DNA from: Octopus sinensis
Lineage: Eukaryota
Assembly (NCBI RefSeq): GCF_006345805.1
Contig: NC_042998.1
Coordinates: forward strand, 154,194,001 to 154,258,000
Direction of reading: 5' to 3'
Length of the DNA: 64,000 nucleotides
The translations under genes were made by a program, and so were the position numbers. A model generated the notes under the pieces. It made no database searches and had not been told where the DNA came from. It saw nothing but the letters and a program-made list of their open reading frames with translations. Shown piece after piece: positions 1-13,419 of this stretch. Every line of letters begins with the position of its first letter. Positions within the stretch are counted from its first letter, which is position 1.

Positions 1-714
1 GGTATCACACTTTGCTTAATACTAAGACATCTGAAATACTTTTTAAATAGAAATAAATGAAACAGTAATAAATGAATACATCAAAAAGTTTAAATAATTA
101 GTATATTTATGGTATTCCTTAAAAAAAAACTATGGAACTAACTATTGCTTATTTGGGGTCTTTATTGATGATTAATGCCTTACTGACTTAATTGCTAATA
201 AGCACATCTACACTGGAAAATTAATACAGTTCTAATAAAAGTTCATCATATAAGAAAAGCTCTGGACTTATTTAAGAAAATAAAGCTATTTAAAGAATCT
301 AGTACCTTAAATATTCATAACAAGTTAGCCAAATCAATGACATGGAATAAAATAAACAGATATTGAACATTGGCATATGAGATATCTTATTCAGTTATGT
401 AAATTGTTGTGAAAAGCAACAGAAACATTTATTGACTTAGGTGTGGATGATAATGATATAGATTCAAGGAAATTCTACTATATAGGCTAAACTTCTCAAA
501 ATGCCAGCAAGTTTTAATAAAATTTAATCAATAATTATTTTAAAAACTACATTTTTCAATGAAAATTATTTTTTCTTAAATAAAGTATATAGTATAAAAC
601 ATTGACTTTTCGTGATTATATATTTTTCAGGTAATTCACTGTTCCAAAACTTTTTAACCTCCTGTAGGCATCTTTTTACATTCACTTTTCCCTACTAGCA
701 TATCACTACTTGTT

Positions 715-960
715 GTAGTCTTCTGTGTGGCCCGAGATCAGATCTCATCACTTCTTCCCATATCTCCCTATTCTTGCACTTTTCACCCATTTTGCATATG
801 CATAACATACCCAGTGCAGTCATCTCTCTTGCATACATATCCAGTGTTTTCCAGCTTTTGCATAGCTCCAACATTCAACACCCATGTCTTGCTACTATGT
901 AATATTACACACCATACACAAGGCCTTTACTTGGAGAGGTCAACAGAGGCTATCAATTAG
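715..960 (-). mobile_element. Degenerate RTE-type LINE 3' fragment
   Basis: Diverged similarity to the RTE 3' region at 7420-7700 (cagtcatctctcttgca motif shared); no intact ORF. Confidence 0.5.
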
Positions 961-1494
961 TTTTAGCAAGGTTTTGGGGGAATTGAAAGATTTCAGTTCT
1001 TGGGTTTGCTTGTTTCTGAACATCTGTTATATATGAAATCCTTTTTCGACCCATTATTGGTATAGAATTCATACCTGTTGACTTTCTACATACTGGGTAT
1101 TGCTACTTCCCAGGTGATTGTAGTGTTCTGTCTTATTTTCTAAGACTTTCATTAACTTTTATGTGTCTTGATTTTAAACACTGCATCTATGTTTGGAACT
1201 TTTACTGTAATTCTTTGACTTATATGGCTAAGAGAATTAAATCACTGAAATAAAGGAGATGCCAACAACAGACTTGAACCTTTGTGTTATAGTCTGGGTA
1301 ACTATAATAAATGGAAAGAGATTGAGAGCTAAGCTCTGATAGATATCTGGTTGCACACTAAATTGCTCACTGATCTTAATACCAATGCTTTGTTGACAGT
1401 ACTCTTCTATATGGCTTACATGCCTCTCACAAACTATTCATCAACCTCAAGATTTCTTAGTGACCACTAGCCTATCTTTTACCTTTTATTTGTT

Positions 1495-1835
1495 TCAGTC
1501 AGTGGACTTGCCTGTGCTGGGACACCTTGAAGTGTTTTTAGTTAAACACATTGACCCCATTTTAAAATCTGAGTCTTGTTCTATCAGTCTCTTTTGCCAA
1601 ACCTCCAAGTTATGGGGATATAAACAAACCAATGCTGGTTGTCAAGCAATGGTTGGGGACAAACAGTCACAAAGACACATGCAAACACACACACATTTAC
1701 AATGAACATCTGTCTATCAAATTCACTAACAAGATATTGGTCAGCCTGGGGAAACACTTGTCCAGGGTGCCATGCAGTGAGACTGAATCCCAAACTACAT
1801 GGTTGCAAAGCAAGCTTCTCCTTAACCACACAGCC
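1495..1835 (-). mobile_element. tRNA-derived SINE (degenerate)
   Basis: Same body as the SINE copies at 20440-20678 and 58530-58850 (ggttgtcaag..ggggacaaaca, CA tract, gtgccatgcagt..gactgaa head). Confidence 0.55.
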
Positions 1836-3001
1836 ATGTCTGGGCCTATGGAAAATATGGAGGAAAACAATAATACAGCTGCTTAAAATTACTAGATCTT
1901 AAAACAGAATCAATTAGTAAAAGACTCTAAAAAAAAGCAATTCAGAACAGTGGCACATCATCACTAACAAAAACATTCCAGCGTCTGGCCCACAGGAGAA
2001 CCATTTCTTTTGTAGCTACTATAGTGGCTTCTGCTCCTTAAAGTTGGTTGGTTTCCCACTTATCTCTCCAACTCTCATCACCCTTTCCCTGCATTAACTG
2101 CTATACCTAATCCTTTATTTCCAGAACACAGGCCTTCTGGAATTTCCTACCCATTCATGTCTTTCCTATATCAGTTTAAACAGCATTAACAGCATCAAGC
2201 TCACTGATACTGAAGGGCCTGCTACATAGCAAGTAAAAGGAAAACGAGAGTCCAAAATGCTGGATTTTTCAATTCCCATGGTAAATAACCTAAAAGTAAT
2301 TTTTTTTTTCTGCAAACTTTTAGATAAAAAATATTCATGTTGTTTCCAGTATTTCTCAGCTCATACGACACATTTTTCCTGAAAACATCACTAAAAACTC
2401 AGGCTGTAAAGTGGCATTTGACAGCCAGGGTCAGTCCTCATTAGATCACCAGTTTTATAATAGAAACTTTTGTTACAATTGACTCATAACTATATTCTAG
2501 TACTCTGATTACCATATTTATTAGTTTTGTTATGTACCGTTGGATATTAGTAAGCAATTTACATATGATTACTGTCACTTGCAAGAGAATACCATATTGG
2601 TGCCTCACATGCTCTTTGCAGACATGTAGATGCTTCTGCTAACTGTCAATTTAGTTCTTCAGCAGAGACTCTACAATACTACACAATGGTAACTGATCAG
2701 AAAAGATATAAACTGCATGTTGACTATTTGAATTGTTGTGAACTCTAGTAGTTAGTAGTGTGAATTTTAACCCTTTCGTTACCAAACCGCCCAAAGCCGC
2801 CCAAAGCCGCCCCCAAAAATTTTTTATTCATGTGACCAAGCCGCCCAAAACTGCCCGTATTCATATTTAAATGAAAATATCAGAGCAAATCTCTTTAGTA
2901 CATTTGTGAAAACACATGATTATACTTCGTAAACAGTTCATCTACAGTTTTGTACAATGATCGAAGTGTAATTTTAATTCCGTGAATTTTGGGAGATTTT
3001 G

Positions 3002-4106
3002 GATCCTTTCCTTTTGATGGACGGAATTTTCTAGTTAACTAAACAATTTGAAACTTCGTATACTGGTAGAATGTGTCAAAAGAAAGCATTATTGTAAACA
3101 AAATTGTAATTTGTAAGTTTAATGTAGTTTAATTCTTTGAATTTTAACCAATGAAATCCCAGCATCTTCGAATTTTAACCAATGAAATCCCAGCATTTGA
3201 GCTCAAATCATTTGCTGTGTTATCGATATTGATAAAGAAACATAGCAGACGCACACCGCATACACACACACACACACATATATTCAGATACATACACACG
3301 TACACTTGCACACACACACACACACACACTCTGTCACTATCTCTCTCTCTCTCTCAAACACATGCATATACATTTGCACAAGCACATAGTAATTAATATA
3401 TAAGCGTACACACACAAACAGAGATATACATACACACACATATGCAGCTTTGTCCCCTCTGTGTTTTGCCCCTTGCTGCAAATTTACACAAAATTTACAC
3501 AAAAGGTAAATAAACCATTTCATCGTTTCGGGGTTGATAAATTAAGCGCCAATTACACACTGGTGTTGAGGATTTTTTTCCCAATTTATATCACAGCCTC
3601 CGACAAGCTGGGGCATCTTTTTATGAAAAAATATTTCGCAAATTTTTACAATACGACCCACACTCCACGCGCACCCTCTAGACCAATTTAGGCATATTAT
3701 TGTTTTGTTTTTGTTGTTTCTGCCCCTTCAAAACCATGGGAGAAGCCTTTTCAGTAAAAAAAAATAAAGAAAATATTCAAAAATATCGTTAATATTTTTG
3801 TTGAGCAACGAAATTCATCGATTTAAGAGATATAGCTGTTATTTCTAGCACATGCAGAAGACAGAAGAGAGAAGGATGAATAAGACATGTGTGTGTGAGC
3901 TTTTAGATGCAGCAAATGATTTGAGCTCAAATGCTGGGATTTCATTGGTTAAAATTCAAAGAATTAAACTACGTTAAACTTACAAATTACAATTTTGTTT
4001 TCAATTTTGTTTACAATAATGTTTTCTTTTGACACATTCTACTAGTATACGAAGTTCCAAATTGTTTAGTTAACTAGAAAATTCCGTCCATCAAAAGGAA
4101 AAGATC
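3002..4106. mobile_element. MITE/foldback element with ~200-bp imperfect inverted arms nested in the piggyBac element
   Basis: 3002-3218 is the reverse complement of 3910-4106 (gatcctttccttttgatggacggaattttctagttaactaaacaatttg / caaattgtttagttaactagaaaattccgtccatcaaaaggaaaagatc); CA/CT microsatellites inside. Confidence 0.7.
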
Positions 4107-4167
4107 TGAGATTTTTTCCCGAAATTTGTTCCTATTGTGTTTTCAAAATTTGTAATTCTGACAAAAA

Positions 4168-4790
4168 ATGGATACGAATTTCATTATATCAAGCAGCGAG
4201 TCAGAATTCGAAGGACTTTCTACTGAAGACCTTGATAAATCTAACTCTATGACTGAAAAAAAAAAAGCACGTGGTATTTGATAATGAATCCGAGAGCTCC
4301 GACAGCGATAAAGAAAATGAACTGGCACCTGAATGGTGTGAAAATTTAAAAACTGTTTCTTTCAGTTATTTTTCTGAAGAAACTGAACCAAGCCACAGTC
4401 TTTCCCAGGAAAATAAAGTCTTAGACTATTTCTTTTTACTTTTTCGAATGAGCCTATTTGAAATCATTACGGCGGAAACGAACCATTACGCTAAATGTAA
4501 ACAAAGCGAAAGAAAGGATAGTTTGTTGTTTCCCACAACCTTAAATGAAATTAAGGCCTATTTTGCCATAAATATTATTATGGGTATCAGAAAGTTACCC
4601 ATAAATATTATTATGGGTATCAGAAAATTACAGTGGAAACGAACCGTTACGCTAAATGTAAACCAAGCGAAAGAAAGGATAGTTTGTTGTTTCCCACAAC
4701 CTTAAATGAAATTACGGCCTATTTTGCCATAAATATTATTATGGGTATCAGAAAGTTACCCAGAATAACAAATTCTATAGTAAAATTTTG
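4168..4790 (+). pseudogene. piggyBac transposase (PGBD4-like) N-terminal fragment, frameshifted and truncated
   Basis: ATG at 4168 (MDTNFIISSSESEFEG), frameshift in an A11 run near 4256-4266, then an acidic tract and DYFFLLF..LFEIITAETNHYA..TTLNEIKAYFAINIIMGIRKLP, typical of the start of DDE_Tnp_1_7; catalytic core absent. Confidence 0.8.
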
Positions 4791-5939
4791 TTGTATACCC
4801 AATTGAATATTAGCTAATAACCCATTTTCTATAGTGATGTTTGAACAAAATTTTAATAATTTTATATTTTGTTGAATTTACCTGTATCTACCTGCAATTA
4901 GAGTCACTTCGTGACAAAAATTATAGTATAGGATTGGTTGAGAACATTTCATTAAATTATCTTCCAAAAATCACATTAATATATTGATAAATAAAAAAAG
5001 TTATAGTTGTTTAATGAAACCAGACTAAATTTATGATTATGTTAGAAATTAATTGAAACACATAAGGGGTGTATTTTGGTCAGAAATATAGTAACGAAAG
5101 GGTAGTCATAACTCTCTATGACAAAATGACTTTACAACTGTACTGTAGATGCTAAACGTACATAAATAAACAAATGTAGTAATTATTTTCTCTTTCTTCA
5201 CGTTCTTCAACTTGTTAATGAAATTTATTTCTGCAATTATGAAACTGTATTTTTTTATAGCTGTTAAAAGAAGACAAATTTATTTATCTTCAACAAACAT
5301 GCATGCATAAAATGTCCATTAGTGTTTCAGAGTATATATTTCTCGCTATAGCGTTTATGTAGCTGGAGTCAGGATTTATGTATAATGATAACACTTACAA
5401 GTGATATATTTATCATTATAGATTCCTACTTCAAAAGTAAAATATATTTATTATCTATTTCCAAATAGGAAACATAAATAAGATAAAAACCATTACAGAA
5501 GTAGTGGTACACAAAGTCTCCAAACCATCTATAACATACTTAAGAATCCTTTCCCAGTTAGATTATTCTTAAAATAAGAAAGGTGAGTCAATTCTTCTTT
5601 TCATATACACACCAACTCTCCTCCTGAATATATGGGGATTATGAGAGCACCAAATGATATCTACAGTGGATATGTGGATGGATGGGTAAGTAATATCATG
5701 TCTGATGATGTAAAGTAATTAGTGCTCAAGGTTGAATTGCTACCAATTGACAATTGGCTACAAGCAGTTTATCAGTTAAGCAGATACATGCATAATAGGA
5801 TAGAATTATAAACTGGTGCAGAACTGGTACCCGGTAAGATTATAACATTTATATTTTTAAACATAATGGTTGAATTGTTATATGGGTATAGATCATAAGA
5901 AGGAAGTAAGTAATAAGGTATGCAGAAAGTCTCTCACAG

Positions 5940-6600
5940 TCGTTTGATTTTTGTGCAAAACAGGCAGCAGTAGCTATCCATATAACAGTGATGTATTCCA
6001 GCATCGGAAGGAGAAAGAGCTATAACAGCAATCTGTTTTATCATCAGAGGGAAAATGAGGTAGAAGTTAAGAAGAAAATTTTGGTTTACTGCTATTGTGG
6101 AGTATAGAGGAAGGTTAAAAGAGGAGCAGAGAAAATATGGCTATATTAATATGAGAATAGATAGAAATTAACAATCATATCAAGGGATAAATATATAAAT
6201 TTCTAGAGTTGGAAGAAAATGTGTTGGGTATGCCAAATCTGGACATCCAGTTGGTAAATAAGTTTATACTATTGTTACTTGCTATAGTTACTACAGATAT
6301 GTCTTTGATTGGATAAGCTTCTGGCCATCGCGAAAAACGATCTATACATGTTAACAAATAAATATTACCTTCCACTGGAGGCAATGGTCCAACTATGTCA
6401 ATATAAATGTGTTGGAATCTTGCATCAGGATTTGCAAAGGTACCTGATGGTGCTTTAATGTGATGATTTACTTTTGCTTTTTGGCACTGCATATACGATA
6501 GAACCCAAGAACAAATATCCTTAATCATACCAGGCCAAACAAATCAACTTGATATTAATTTTAATGAAGCTCCAATACCAGGATGAGATAATTTATGTAA
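5940..6600 (-). mobile_element. Gypsy/Ty3 LTR retrotransposon integrase fragment
   Basis: ORF 6175-6528: zinc-binding tail CQKAK, then [35 protein letters not shown] (rve core start). Confidence 0.85.
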
Positions 6601-6947
6601 AGTAGAAAAAACCAACTTTCTCAGTTTGCTTGAATATATTCCTCATGAACTTTTATATTCCTAGAATTTTTTGTCTATAAAAAAAAAAGATTTGTAATTT
6701 TTTTCCAGTGAAATTAGATTGAACAATTTGATAAACATTACAAGAACACTGTTGCTATTGTAAAACTGTGATGAGCGGTTATTTTCATTTCTTTAACATT
6801 GTAAATTTGTATATTTGACTTGCTAAAAGTATTAATTCAAACATTGTATTGAAATATATATGTATTATGATTATTCTTTTTTCACAAAATGGACATTTTT
6901 TCTGATGAAGGGCTTATGTAGTAAGTCATAAAAGGCGGCAATATGAC

Positions 6948-9900
6948 ATAATGTCCGCTTTCCATGCTGGCATGGGTTGGATGGTTTGACTGAGGCTGCA
7001 CCAGGCTCCAATCTGATCTGGCAAAATTTCTACAGCTGGATGTCCTTATTAATGCCAACAACTCCGAGAGTGTAGTGGGTACTTTTTATGTGCCACCGGC
7101 ATGAGGGCCAGTAAAGCAGTACAGGCATCAATCACGCTCAAATGGTATTTCTTACGTGCCACCAGCATGGGTGCCAATCAGGTGGTACTGGCATCAGCCG
7201 CAACAATAACTTCACTTGACTCAACAGGTCTTCGCAAGCACAGTTTATTGTCCAGTGATTGAAGGGTATTCTTAAATGGGCTGATTATGCTGCACTGGCA
7301 TAGACCACAGTTACGGTCTCACTTGGCTTGCAAGGTTTTCTCAAGCACAGCATATCTCCAAAGGTCTCGGTCACTTGTCATTGTCTCCGTGAGGCCCAAC
7401 ATTTGAAGGTTGTGCTTCACCACCTCATCCCAGGTCTTCTACAGCTAGATTGTGACACTTTTTCACACAGCTGTCCTCATCCATATGCAACATATGACCA
7501 TACCAGCACAGTCATCTCTCTTGCACATCGCATCTGATGCTTCTTATGTCCAACTTTTCTCTTACACTCTGTCGTGTATGCACACTGACATTTCACATCC
7601 AGCATAGCATACTAGTTTCCTTTCTTGCAACCTTACGCATGTTCTCAGCAGTCACGGCCCATGTCTCACTGCCATGTAACATGGCTGTTCACACACGTGT
7701 CATACAGTCTACCTTTTACTATGAGTGAGAGGCCCTTTGTCACCAGCAGAGGCGGGGCTCTCTGAATGCCCAGACTATTCTTATTCTAGCAGCTACACTC
7801 TCAGAGCATCCACCCACTACAGACTTGGTCACCTAGGTAATGGAAGCTATCAACTACTAGCTTTGCCCCTGAGCATTTGCCACACACAAAAACTATCTTC
7901 TCAGCCTTTCTTTGATATTGCTGCACCACTTATGTGTCCATAACTTACACTGGGTACATCTTATGGAGTTTCTACCTATGCCTTTTCTACAGACTGAGCA
8001 GGGCAATCTACCTGAAGGGATTTCTGATTTGTCTGCTTTCCTACTTATTAAGAATTCTTCACTATACTCATTGTCAACCCTCACCTTACTGACAGCATCC
8101 CTGTACACTCTCCCTAACCATTCATCTATCCCTAGTTTCTGCATTGACCACCAGGTAAGTGATTGGGGGACCCTGTTAAAGGCTTTCTCCATGTCAATGA
8201 AAGCCAAGTACAGAGGTTTATCTTTGGCTAGGTATTTCTCTTGCAGCTGTCTTACCAGAAATATAGGATCAGTGATACTTTTTCCAAATTGCATCTCATC
8301 TAAACTAACTCTCTCTTTTGTTACTTGGGCAGCTTCAATACAACTATCTTTCAATATACCCTCTCCATGACTTTCATTATCTGATCCAACAATTTATTCA
8401 TATCTAATGCATCACCTTTACTTTTGTAGCAGTTGACTATGGCACTGCTACACCAGTCATTGAGTATGACTTCTTCATGTACCACCTGGTTGAATATACA
8501 GGTGACTAGACTATAGTTGACACTTCCAGATATTTTAAGCATCTCTGTGGTGATACCTGATGGGCCAGGGGCCTTCCCTGTCTTCATACACTTAATTGCT
8601 GTATCTACCAAGGTACTGTCAATTTGGGTAGCTGGTCACTCATTTGGGTTGACATTCAACAGACTCTCTTTTTCCCATTCATTCTCTTCATTTAGCAACC
8701 TTTCATAGTGGCGTCTCCAAGTCTCTGTTTGTAGCATCATTAAATGCAAGTGAGCCATCATCCATGCGAACACATTTCTCTCCTACGACATCATGATTCT
8801 CTCACACACACTGTCTTGCAACATGAAACACTTCAAGTGTTTGTTCCTCACGACGCAGAACACTGGCAAATGTTTTCTTATCTGCTTCCCCTCTGGCTAA
8901 GTAAACCTGTCTCCTAGCTTCCCTTTTGGCAACCCGATACAGTTCCCTGCTACCACCACACTTCCAGTCCTTCCATGCCTGTTTCTTTTCCCTAATGGTC
9001 CTGTCAACTACATTGTTGCACCACCATGTTACCTTGGGATGAGAGGGGACTTTGCACCAGCAACAGATCTGGTCAGTAGCCCTCAACAGGTTGTCCTGTA
9101 GGAACCTCCAGTTGTTTTTCACATCAAGTGATGCTATATCCACCTATATTTCAGCAAATACTTTGAGTGACACATCTCTAAATCTCTGTCCAATCAGTGG
9201 ATCCTTAAGCTTCCAGACCCTTCTTCTTCATGCTGGTCATCTTCTAGGCATCCATTTAGCCCTGATCCTGAAGTCGCTAGCTACTAATCTATGTTGTGGG
9301 GTGCATTCTTCACCTGGGAAGGTTTTGGCATTTATAAGTAGCCATCTTTCCTGTTTCCTGGCGAGGATGTAGTCAATTTGACTAGTGTGAACAGACTGGT
9401 AGGTGAACAGGTGACTGGCAGGTTTCCTGAAGTTAGTATTACAGATCATAAGATCATTTCCATCAGAGAACTCCAGCAGCCTGGCTCCCTCTTCATTGCA
9501 GGAACCAAATCTGTTGCCATTATGTACATCATGGAAGCTCCCTTTGAATGAAGTCGCCAGCCACAAATCGAAGGTTCCTGTTATTCGTCAATGAGGTAGT
9601 CTGCAAGGGGGTGTCATAAAATCGGTCTTTCTGTTCATCAGGTAGCCCTGGCTGAGGGGCATAAGCCGAGATAAAGGTTGCTAATCCATGCTGCAGCACT
9701 AATTTAATCCTAAGTATTTTATCACAGACTCTGACTACCTCAATTACCTTATTAATCCATTTCTCTGCAACAAGTATACTCATTACCCCAACCCAGTCAG
9801 TGTTCCCTACTCTGAAAATCTTATACCTATGTTCTTTGCCTGTGGGGAACCTAGCAGAACTTCTTCTCCACCTTACTTCCTGGATGCAGCACAAATCTAC

Positions 9901-10030
9901 ACGTTTCCATTCAAGCCTCTCAACAATCTCAGCAGACCTACCTTTCAATGTACCAACATTAAGTGTGCCAACTCTGAAGGTGTGGGGTTGCAAGACTCTG
10001 GGATGGGGGACAGCAGTGTCATGTACCTGA
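6948..10030 (-). mobile_element. RTE-clade LINE, near full length, multiply frameshifted
   Basis: APE endonuclease (VGTLNVGTL, CIQEVRW, ISAYAPQ, SQIDYIL) at 9237-10059; RT (KAPGPSGI, QFG..STTD-like, AFIDMEKAF) at 7893-8611; family 3' tail (ccaacccatgccagcatggaaagcggacatt on minus) at the left end. Confidence 0.9.
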
Positions 10031-10934
10031 AAGGAAAGCTTGTATTTGGAAAAACTCATAAATATACAATACCCTTCAACCTACATACACTACACCATCA
10101 TTTTATGTGCTACATAATCACAGTGTAACAAATTAATAACCACCTCAAAATATAAAAATGGAGATGAGAGTATGGATAACTAAGAAAACCTCACTGAGAA
10201 CAAGACATCCACTCTCTCTATCACCAATAATACTACTACAGTGAATAATACTACTACTCCTCCCAATGATTAATGACAATATTCCACAGTATAGCATGTA
10301 TGAGGGAAATGAATCTGATGGACCATCAGTATATCATGTAATATTACTTGATTTGGTGTTCCATACTAGGGTGAAAATGCCCCATGTTGATTATGCTTAA
10401 AAGAATGTAAACAAATCCTGTTATTAAATAGACAAAATGAGGTCTTTACCACACTTGTCTACAGATTCTTCAAAACATTCCAATTTTATCACAAATCTAA
10501 ATGTAGAACTCTGAATCTCTCAACACAAGTCTCACACACATAAAAATGGATATACATCATATGCTGATTTAATTTAATTCAACTTAACTTTTATCACAAA
10601 TCTAAATATAGTACACTGATTCTTTCAACACACGTTTCACCCACATAAAGTAGATGTACCTCTTACAACTATTTAACTATATCACAAACCTGTGAATCTC
10701 TATAAAAGTCTCACCAACATAAAATAAATTTACCTCTAATGCTTAATTAATTCAACTTAAATTAATCCCTCTAGTCCACCTTACTCATCATCTCTCACTA
10801 TGATTATCTTTCAATATACCTATTTGACATCTTCATTCACTAAACCCTATTCTAAAATTATCACTTTCTTGAACACTGTACAATTCCATAATCCAAAATT
10901 TTTAATTTCAGTATCTATTCTGACTGGAATTACA

Positions 10935-11115
10935 TTGCATCCAAAAGAACCCAGCACACTCCGTGAAGTGGTTGGCATTAGAAAGGGTATCCATCTGCAG
11001 AAACCGGGCCAAAATGGACTATGAAACCAGGTGCAACACCTGATTTTGCCAGCTCCTGTCAAACTGTCCAACCCATGTCAGCATGGAAAATGGTCATTAA
11101 ATGATGATGATGATA
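10935..11115 (+). mobile_element. RTE 3'-tail / RTE-related SINE with (GAT)n tail
   Basis: gaagtggttggcattagaaagggtatcca..ccaacccatgtcagcatggaaaatgg..atgatgatgatgat. Confidence 0.75.
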
Positions 11116-11330
11116 TTCTCTCTAGTTTTGGATATTATCTGCTAAGGTAGAAAGTTCAGGATCTCTCTGTTTTCACTCATTTACAACTTCTACATACACA
11201 CACCTAAATATATGCATACCCTTCATTAAACTTGCGATTAAATATTATTTCCTTATTGTTACAATGAATAATTTCTTTATTCTGGTAATTACACATACCT
11301 CAAGTGCACTGAATGATATCTGAACCCAAT

Positions 11331-11574
11331 TGTAGTTAGATGATTTATATTTGCGTCACTTCTCAGTCCCTGTTGTGGTGAGACTTGACCAAACGACTAT
11401 AAATAGTAATGGTCTGAGTGAGAGACAGAAACACAGTAGACATTAATTGCAGGAAGTCGTAAGGTGTCGTTTTGCTAGTTTGCCGCAATATCGTTTGTTG
11501 GTTCATGTATAGTTAGTTGGATTGTTACATTGTTGTTACCCTGTTTTGTTATGTGTTTAAGTATCATCATAACA
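11331..11574 (+). mobile_element. Putative short LTR followed by a PBS-like TGGTGA
   Basis: Begins TGT, ends ACA, internal TATAAATA near 11398, followed by actggtga; no internal domain follows. Confidence 0.4.
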
Positions 11575-12063
11575 ACTGGTGATACAACAGTCCTCCACCA
11601 CTAACATTTCTCATCCCACACACATAACACTGACCATCCTGCCAAACTGCTGTTGATAGTTCATATTCTTTATTTTCAATGTACTAACTCCCACTGGCTA
11701 GTCTGACAGGTAACTCTTGTTATTCTTGCCTCACTTGTTATTGTCATTTACACATGGCTTCCTTTCTACCAGACCACTCAGTATCCCCTCTCCCTACCCA
11801 AATTGATATGGGCCATTCTTCTCCATATATCTTTCCCTAACTCTAGAAATTTATATATCTGTCCCTTGATGTGATTGTTAGTTTCTGTCTATCCTCATAT
11901 TAGTATGACCTTATTTTCTCTGCCTCTTAACCTTCCTCAGTAAACCGAAGTTCTTTCAACACACATTTCACCCACTCATCTCATTTGCCCTCTGATACTG
12001 GAACAGATTATTGCTATATGAACAGCAACTATTTGTTTTGCACATTTGTTCTTGAAACGACTG

Positions 12064-12281
12064 TAAGGTGGCAAGTTGGCAGAAAGTTAACATGCCAGGC
12101 AAAACGCTTAGTGGTATTTCGTCTGTCTTTATGTTCTGAGTTCAAATTCTAGTAAGGTCAACTTTGCCTTTCATCCTTTTGGGATCAATTAATTAAGTAC
12201 CAGTTGCATACTGGAGTCAATCTAATTGACTGGCCCCCTCCCCCAAAATTTTGGGCCTTGTGCCTAGAGTTGAAAAGATTC
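12064..12281 (+). mobile_element. Octopus-type SINE
   Basis: ggtggcaagttggcagaa..gttctgagttcaaattc..gcctttcatcctttt..ggccttgtgcctagagttgaaaag; other copies at 60705 and 61915. Confidence 0.8.
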
Positions 12282-12594
12282 TTGAAACTGCTGTAAGAAA
12301 CTCTGCATACCTTGTTACTTCCTTTCGTACTCATGTAACAACTCAGCCATCATGTTTAAAGATATAAATTTCATAATCTAACCTGATGCCAGTTGTTTTC
12401 CTGTATATACTTTTATTCTGATATAGATTGATAGCTGACACTTGGCATACCACTGAAACATCTGTGTAGAAATGTAAACAAACTGTGGTGAGTTTGTAGC
12501 AAACATATCCAAGCATGTAAATGCACACTATCTTGTTTTAAATGAGATATTTTACAAAATAATTCTTGGATAGTAATGTTCATAAATCAGTAAA

Positions 12595-12950
12595 AACTGT
12601 TTTCCAAAATATGAGTACCGCATCGACTAGCCTCCATGCTGTGGGCACGTAACAAACACCATCCGATCGTGGCCGTTCGCCAGCCTCGTCTGGCACCTGT
12701 GTCAGTGGCACATAAAAAACACCATCCGAGCGTGGCCATCTGCCAGCCTCGTCTGGCACCTGTGTCGGTGGCACATAAAATCACCCACTACACTCTCGGA
12801 GTGGTTGGCGTTAGGAAGGGCATCCAGCTGTAGAAACACTGCCAGATCTGACTGGCCTGGTGCAGCCTTCGGGCTCCCCAGACCCCAGTTGAACTGTCCA
12901 ACCCATGCTAGCATGGAAAGCGGATGTTAAACGATGATGATGATGATGAT
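12595..12950 (+). mobile_element. RTE-tail element with internal ~62-bp tandem repeat and (GAT)n tail
   Basis: Two copies of catccga(t/g)cgtggcc..gccagcctcgtctggcacctgtgtc(a/g)gtggcacataaaa, then the RTE 3' end and gatgatgatgatgat. Confidence 0.8.
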
Positions 12951-13419
12951 ACCTTACTAGTGCATCTTATCATTTGTTGCTGCTTATGAGCCAGGAACTA
13001 TACTAATTAGATATTAAAAAATAAATTAATTATTATGAAATTCCTCATCACTGGTGATAGAAACTGTGTTTAGTGTAATGCTATCCAATACAACTGAATT
13101 TGTTCTGAGGTTGTGTACTAGAAAGACTTACAAAAATTTGAATTCAGCAAGAGTCTATTTAGTTACAGTTCTTATGTTACCTATTCATAAAAAAAATTGG
13201 AAGGAGCCAAGTGTTATCTTGGTTATGTAGACATGCAATTCTGATGAAGGGATATGATTTACTTGATTTATTCTCAAATATTTATACTAGTTGTTAACAT
13301 CGCAAAATGAGTTTACTTCATACATTTTATTTCCTTTTTCTTTTTTATTTATTAATGATCTGAAGATGAAGTGCAAGAAAGAGTGAAGGCCTGTTTAAAT
13401 AAGTTTTATAGAAGTATAA

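Larger units (their letters stand above)
2767..5102 (+). mobile_element. Non-autonomous piggyBac-like DNA transposon
   Basis: TTAA at 2767-2770 followed by TIR ccctttcgttac (2771-2782); exact reverse complement gtaacgaaaggg at 5091-5102 (right flank tagt, not ttaa); internal transposase N-terminus. Confidence 0.8.

Noticed and set aside
200-520. Possible plus-strand exons (LIKVHHIRKALDLFKK.. and VDDNDIDSRKFYYIG*)
   Set aside because: No consistent splice chain or recognisable homology; could be chance open frames in AT-rich DNA.
3836-3850. gctgttatttctag motif shared with the satellite unit
   Set aside because: Only 14 bp and AT-rich; not enough to claim common origin.
6895-6945. CTGATGA hammerhead-like start with a short stem
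   Set aside because: No GAAA after stem II; the flanking complementarity comes from the adjacent RTE tail.
13240-13275. CTGATGAAGGGATAT resembling a Penelope hammerhead start
   Set aside because: No stem II closure and no GAAAC follow.
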